Below, one piece after another: positions 59,541 through 64,000 of a stretch of DNA of 64,000 nt; positions within the stretch are counted from its first letter, which is position 1; each line of letters opens with the position of its first letter. The stretch comes from the human T2T-CHM13v2.0 reference genome, Homo sapiens. The DNA lies in assembly GCF_009914755.1 (NCBI RefSeq), contig NC_060929.1. One strand, written 5' to 3'. The position numbers and the translations under genes are program-made. Under the pieces are notes generated by a model that was not told the DNA's origin, did no database searches, and saw only the letters and a program-made list of their open reading frames with translations.

Positions 59541-61141
59541 TGACAGATGACAGTGTGCTGGCAGCCCTCGCAGCCCTTGCTCGCTCTCGGCACCCCCTCG
59601 GCCTTGGCACCCAGTCTTGCTGCGCTTGAGGGGCCCATCAGCCCACCACTGCACTGTGGGAGCCCCTCTCTGGGCTACCGAGGCCAGAGCTTGCTGGGAG
59701 GTGTGGAGGGAGAGGCATGGGCAGGAACTGGGGCTGCGCGTGCGCGCTTGTAGCCCAGCGTGAGTTCCAGGTGGACGTGGGCTCGGTGGGCCCCACACTT
59801 GGAGCAGCCAGCTGGCACCACCAGCCCTGAGCAGTGAGGGGCTTAGCACTGGGGCCAGCAGCTGCGGAGGGTGCGCCAGGTCCCCCAGCAGTGCTGGCCC
59901 GCCAGTGCTGCACTCGAATTCGTGGAGCCTCAGCTGCCTCCCCTCAGGGCAGGGCTCGGGACCTGCAGCCCGCCATGCCTGAGCCTCCCCGTAACCCCCG
60001 ACAACCCCCACCCCCCGAACCCCTACCCCCACCCCACTCCCCCCAGCCCACCCCCCCATCCCCCCCGGCTGTGGGCTCCTGCGTAGCCCGAGCCTCCCCT
60101 AGGAGCGCTGCCCCCTGCTCTAAGGAGGCCCCATCCCATCAACTGCCTGAGGGCTGAGGAGTGCAGGCGCATGGCACGGCACTGGCAGGCAGCTCCACCT
60201 GCAGCCCCGGTGTGGGATCCTCTAGGTGAAGCGAGCTGGGCTCCTGAGTCTACTGGGGACTTGGAGAATCTTTATGTCTAGCTAAGGGATTGTAAATACA
60301 CCAATCAGCACTCTGTGTCTAGCTCAAGGTTTGTAAATGCACCAATCAGCACCCTGTGTCTAGCTAATCTGGTGGTGACTTGGAGAACCTTTATGTCTAG
60401 CTAGGGGATTGTAAATACACCAATCAGCACTCTATGTCTAGCTCAAGGTTTGTAAACACTCTAATCAGCACCCTGTGTCTAGCTCAAGGTTTGTAAATGC
60501 ACCATTCAGTGCTCTGTGGGGACTTAGAGAACTTTTGTGTCTAGCTCAGGGATTGTAAACACACAAATCAGCACCCTGTCAAAACAGACCAATCAGCTCT
60601 CTGTAAAACAGACCAATTAGCTCTCCATAAAATGGACCAATCAGCAGGATGTGGGTGGGGCTAGATAAAGGACTAAAAGCAGGCTGCCTGAGCCAGCAGT
60701 GGCAACCGACTCCGGTCCCCTTCCACACTGTGGAAGCTTTGTTCTTTTGCGCTTTGCAATATATCTTGCTGCTGCTCACTCTTTGGGTCCACACTGCCTT
60801 TATGATCTGTAACACTCACCACGAAGGTCTGCAGCTTCTCTCCTGAGGCCAGTGAGACCACGAACCCACTGGGGGGAATGAACAACTCCGGATGGGAGGA
60901 AGGAACAACTCCAGATGTGCCGCCCTAACAGCTGTAACAGTCACGGGGAAGGGCTGCAGCTTCACTCATGAAGCCAGTAAGACCACGAACCCACCAGAAG
61001 GAAGAAACTCCTAACACATCTGAACATCAGAAGGAACAAACTCCAGACACGCCACCTTTAAGAACTGTAACACTCACCACGAGGGTCTGTGGCTTCATTC
61101 TTGAAGTCAGTGAGACCAAGAACCCACCAAGTCCAGACACA
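59541..61141 (+). mobile_element. LTR12 (ERV9/HERV9) solo LTR
   Basis: Starts 'tgacagatgacagtgtgctggcagccctcgc'; ~40-bp U3 repeats with CCAAT; ends 'aagaacccaccaagtccagacaca'. 4-bp TSD caag at 59537-59540 and 61142-61145. Confidence 0.95.
60270..60680 (+). promoter_or_regulatory. LTR12 U3 enhancer/promoter repeat array (NF-Y CCAAT boxes)
   Basis: Intact CCAAT at 60301, 60342, 60420, 60589, 60613 and 60637. Confidence 0.75.
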
Positions 61142-62379
61142 CAAGGATGTAGATAGGGGCAAGAACAGATGAGGAGAGACTATCCTTTTTAAATTTACAA
61201 TCTTATACATTGATTTAAAAACTCTTTACAATTCTAAATATTAAGTTAAAAAATTTTTAAACTTATTTTAAATTCTGCTTTTCTTCTAAAATGTCCTAAT
61301 GTACAGAAGTAAAGCTTAGAAGCCAAGCCAATTACAAAATTAAGAAGCCACAAAGATCCATGTCATTCTAAAATATGCAATGTATAGGAATACATTAGAC
61401 TCTCTTCTCCTTGTGAAAAAAAGTCTCCTGATACGACAATGCTTATTTTTGTCAAACCTTATTTAAAACAATGCAGAATCTTCACCTAAAAGCCAATCAT
61501 AAATTAAACAGTACTTCCATGTTTCTGTACCAGAACCATCCCGAAAAGCAGGTCCTGGCCTGAGCTTGCTCACTAGTGCTCTAAAGAAAGGATGCAACAT
61601 AACTTACATTTTCCTTATGCTGACTATAGCTATCATAAGCGAAGTATAATCTGCAAAGAATTCCAATTTTCCAGTCTTTGCCTTTGACTAGACTTACACC
61701 TTTCTTAGTACCTTTCTTCTATGTGCGTGAATTTGGTATTTTACCCAAATTTCCTGAGTCTACATGTATTCCTCAGGCTGCTGTCACCCAGTATTTCATA
61801 TTATTACATCAATGTTTTTGTCACTTTAATAAAAGTTGAAATCATCATTGAGGCTGGAGCAACAGGAAGATAGATCAAACCCATTTTCCTGTTAGGCCAC
61901 TGTGCTTGCAGTTGGCATTTTACCCAGTCTGTGCCCCTCTACTCCCTTCTAGGTACTGGCTTCACAGGACACCAGAATCAAGGATCCAGGCAGACCTGTG
62001 GTCTCAGGAAGACCCAGGATGAGAATATGGAAATAAAAACAAGACAGGTTTCTGAGAAGTTGGTTGCACTATTCAAGTACTATTAAGTCTGTCCTATGCC
62101 TTAGCATCTCACAGAAGAGATATGTGCCAATAACTTTTGATGATGGTGCATTAACACAAAGAAATGTAAAGAATCATGAGAGGTCACCTCATCAGTCACC
62201 AAGAGTCTCAGCATTCCCATTGCTGGGAATATCAGGTTCCAAAGACAACAGAGAAAACCTTAAGTATCTCTGAGACAAAAACAGAGCTAGAAAGATCATC
62301 TTCTCTTGTTTACCTAACAAAGAGCATTTATTCCTGTTCTTCCTTGTCTCTGTTTTCTAGTTAACATGATTCAGCCTTC

Positions 62380-62656
62380 ATACTCAGATCAGGTTTGACA
62401 TCTCCAGCCAAGCTTTCCCTGAACTAGTCAATGTCCCAATTACAAGCTCTCAGAAAATTATGTACTGTCTTATCACAGCATATGCCAACATTACAATTAC
62501 TCCCTTGTTTATGTGATTATTTTATTATGATTATGACTGCCTCCTCACTAACCTCTAACTTCCACAAGGTCAAGAACTATGCTTGTAATGTGGTGGGCCC
62601 TCAAAAAATATTCATTGAATGGAGGAGTGAATGAATGAATAAATAAATGAGTGAAT
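62380..62656 (+). mobile_element. L2 3' end
   Basis: 'aacttccacaaggtcaagaact...ctcaaaaaatattcattgaatg...gaatgaatgaat'. Confidence 0.65.
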
Positions 62657-63477
62657 AGAGCGTGCTAGTTCATCTCAGAGGCTGCTGGCCTTCCTCATGC
62701 TCAACCACAGCATGCTTAGCTTTGACTGGTTTGTCAGTACATGGTCCAGTCATCACTGCCAAGGTAGAAAGTTTGTTTTTATCAATAATTTATGAAGTAC
62801 AAATCATTGCAGTTTATGCAAGAAAGAAGGTAAGGTCTTACGGGTTCCTGCTTCAGCTTCTCTAGTTAATCAGATATTCTGAGGTGTGAGTCTGAAGAGT
62901 AAAACAGGAAATTTCCTTGTTGGATAAATAACAGGTGATAGAGAAGACTATTTGATAAAGCAGGAAAGGCCATTCTTGGTGACAGTCTAGCAGTAATCCT
63001 AGCAGTTCAGTCCCAGGAACTGTGTTTTGGCTGAGCTTCAGTGCCAGGAAATTTGATTCTTTGAAGGCCTTGGTACTAGACATAAGCTCAACATAGAGGG
63101 AGTATATTCTTTCAAATGAGATGTCCTTCATTAGTCATTGTCCCTAACATTGCCAGAAAAGCATAAAGGTGATAAGGACCAATTTAACTTGTAATAACTT
63201 GGGAGATTTTATTGCCCCTATAAAGCAAATAGGCAATTCAATGAATCAAACCTATTTTTAAAAAGCACACTTTGACAAATTATGTATCACTTTAAAACAA
63301 ACTTATCCATTATCAACATACTACCTCTCGTTACAATTTCAGCCACCTTCCCTTCACCATAACAACTTGCATCCCATGAAAAGTAGAGCTACTAACAGCA
63401 GAAAGATGAGCAGTCCCAATTCAGATATGTCTACCTTCTTTTTGAAAGCTCTCTCAGCCTACCTAAGTGTTTTAAAA

Positions 63478-63802
63478 TAATTTTATCTTTTATTTTAGAT
63501 GCAGGGGTACATGTGCAGTTTTGTTACATGAGTATATTTTATGATGCTGAGGTTTGGAGTACAGATCCCAACACCCAGGTAGTGAGCATAATACCCAATT
63601 GGTAGTTTTTCAACCCATGCTCCTCTCTTTCCCTCCCCCATCTAGCAGTCCACAGTGTCTATGAAATGCATTTTCAAAACGTATATGACCCAGTTATCAC
63701 TACGAAGGTAGCACAGTTCCCATCTTTATGTCCATTAGTATCCAATGTTTAGCTCCCACTTACAAGTGAGAACGTGCAATATTTGGTTTTCTGTTCCTAT
63801 GC
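63478..63802 (-). mobile_element. Short L1PA15/16-type 3' end
   Basis: 'ttttagatgcaggggtacatgtgcag...gatgctgaggtttggagt...gctcccacttacaagtgagaac'; similar to 31553-31830. Confidence 0.88.
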
Positions 63803-64000
63803 AACATTTTAAATTCTTGTGCACTTAAACTAACCATGGATGGCTTTAAAATGGGAAAAATAAAGACTCCAAAGGAAATGTTTGTCAGCATGCAAATAAA
63901 ATTGGAATATATTAAAAAGTAATAAATATATCAGTTAATTCATGTACTAGATAAAATAAATCAATAGTGCAAAGGAAAAGGCATTTCTAAATAAAAAAAC

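Noticed and set aside
59523-60157. 178-aa and overlapping GC-rich ORFs
   Set aside because: Stop-poor frames inside LTR12 with low-complexity translations.
60270-60640. CRISPR-like repeat array
   Set aside because: The units are tandem LTR12 U3 repeats without unique spacers, in primate DNA with no cas genes.

Overview
This window is hominoid (probably human or great-ape) genomic DNA, AT-rich and almost entirely transposon-derived. By my boundary estimates about two-thirds is LINE-1. The rest is THE1/MST/MLT MaLR LTRs, LTR16, an LTR12 (ERV9) solo LTR, Alus, L2/MIR and DNA-transposon relics (MER5A, MADE1, piggyBac MER75B). I cannot support any intact host gene, RNA gene or active retrotransposon: the recognisable long ORFs are broken L1 ORF1/ORF2 pieces, and the rest are antisense or alternative frames in repeats. 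The interesting signal is structural. (1) A chimeric L1/L1MA/THE1 junction at 19.4-19.96 kb recurs inverted at 32.4-32.9 kb and is resolved by microhomology, which looks like a fossil ectopic repair or template-switch event. (2) A 69-bp displaced L1 piece is flanked by a 14-bp duplication. (3) A fully self-templated double fold-back insertion lies inside a THE1 element. (4) Two L1s carry twin-priming 5' inversions. (5) There is an L1MA > MER75B > L1PA nest in which both inserts keep their TSDs. (6) The LTR12 has an expanded C-tract. Subfamily names come from recall of consensus sequences, not from a search, and boundaries of old elements are approximate.
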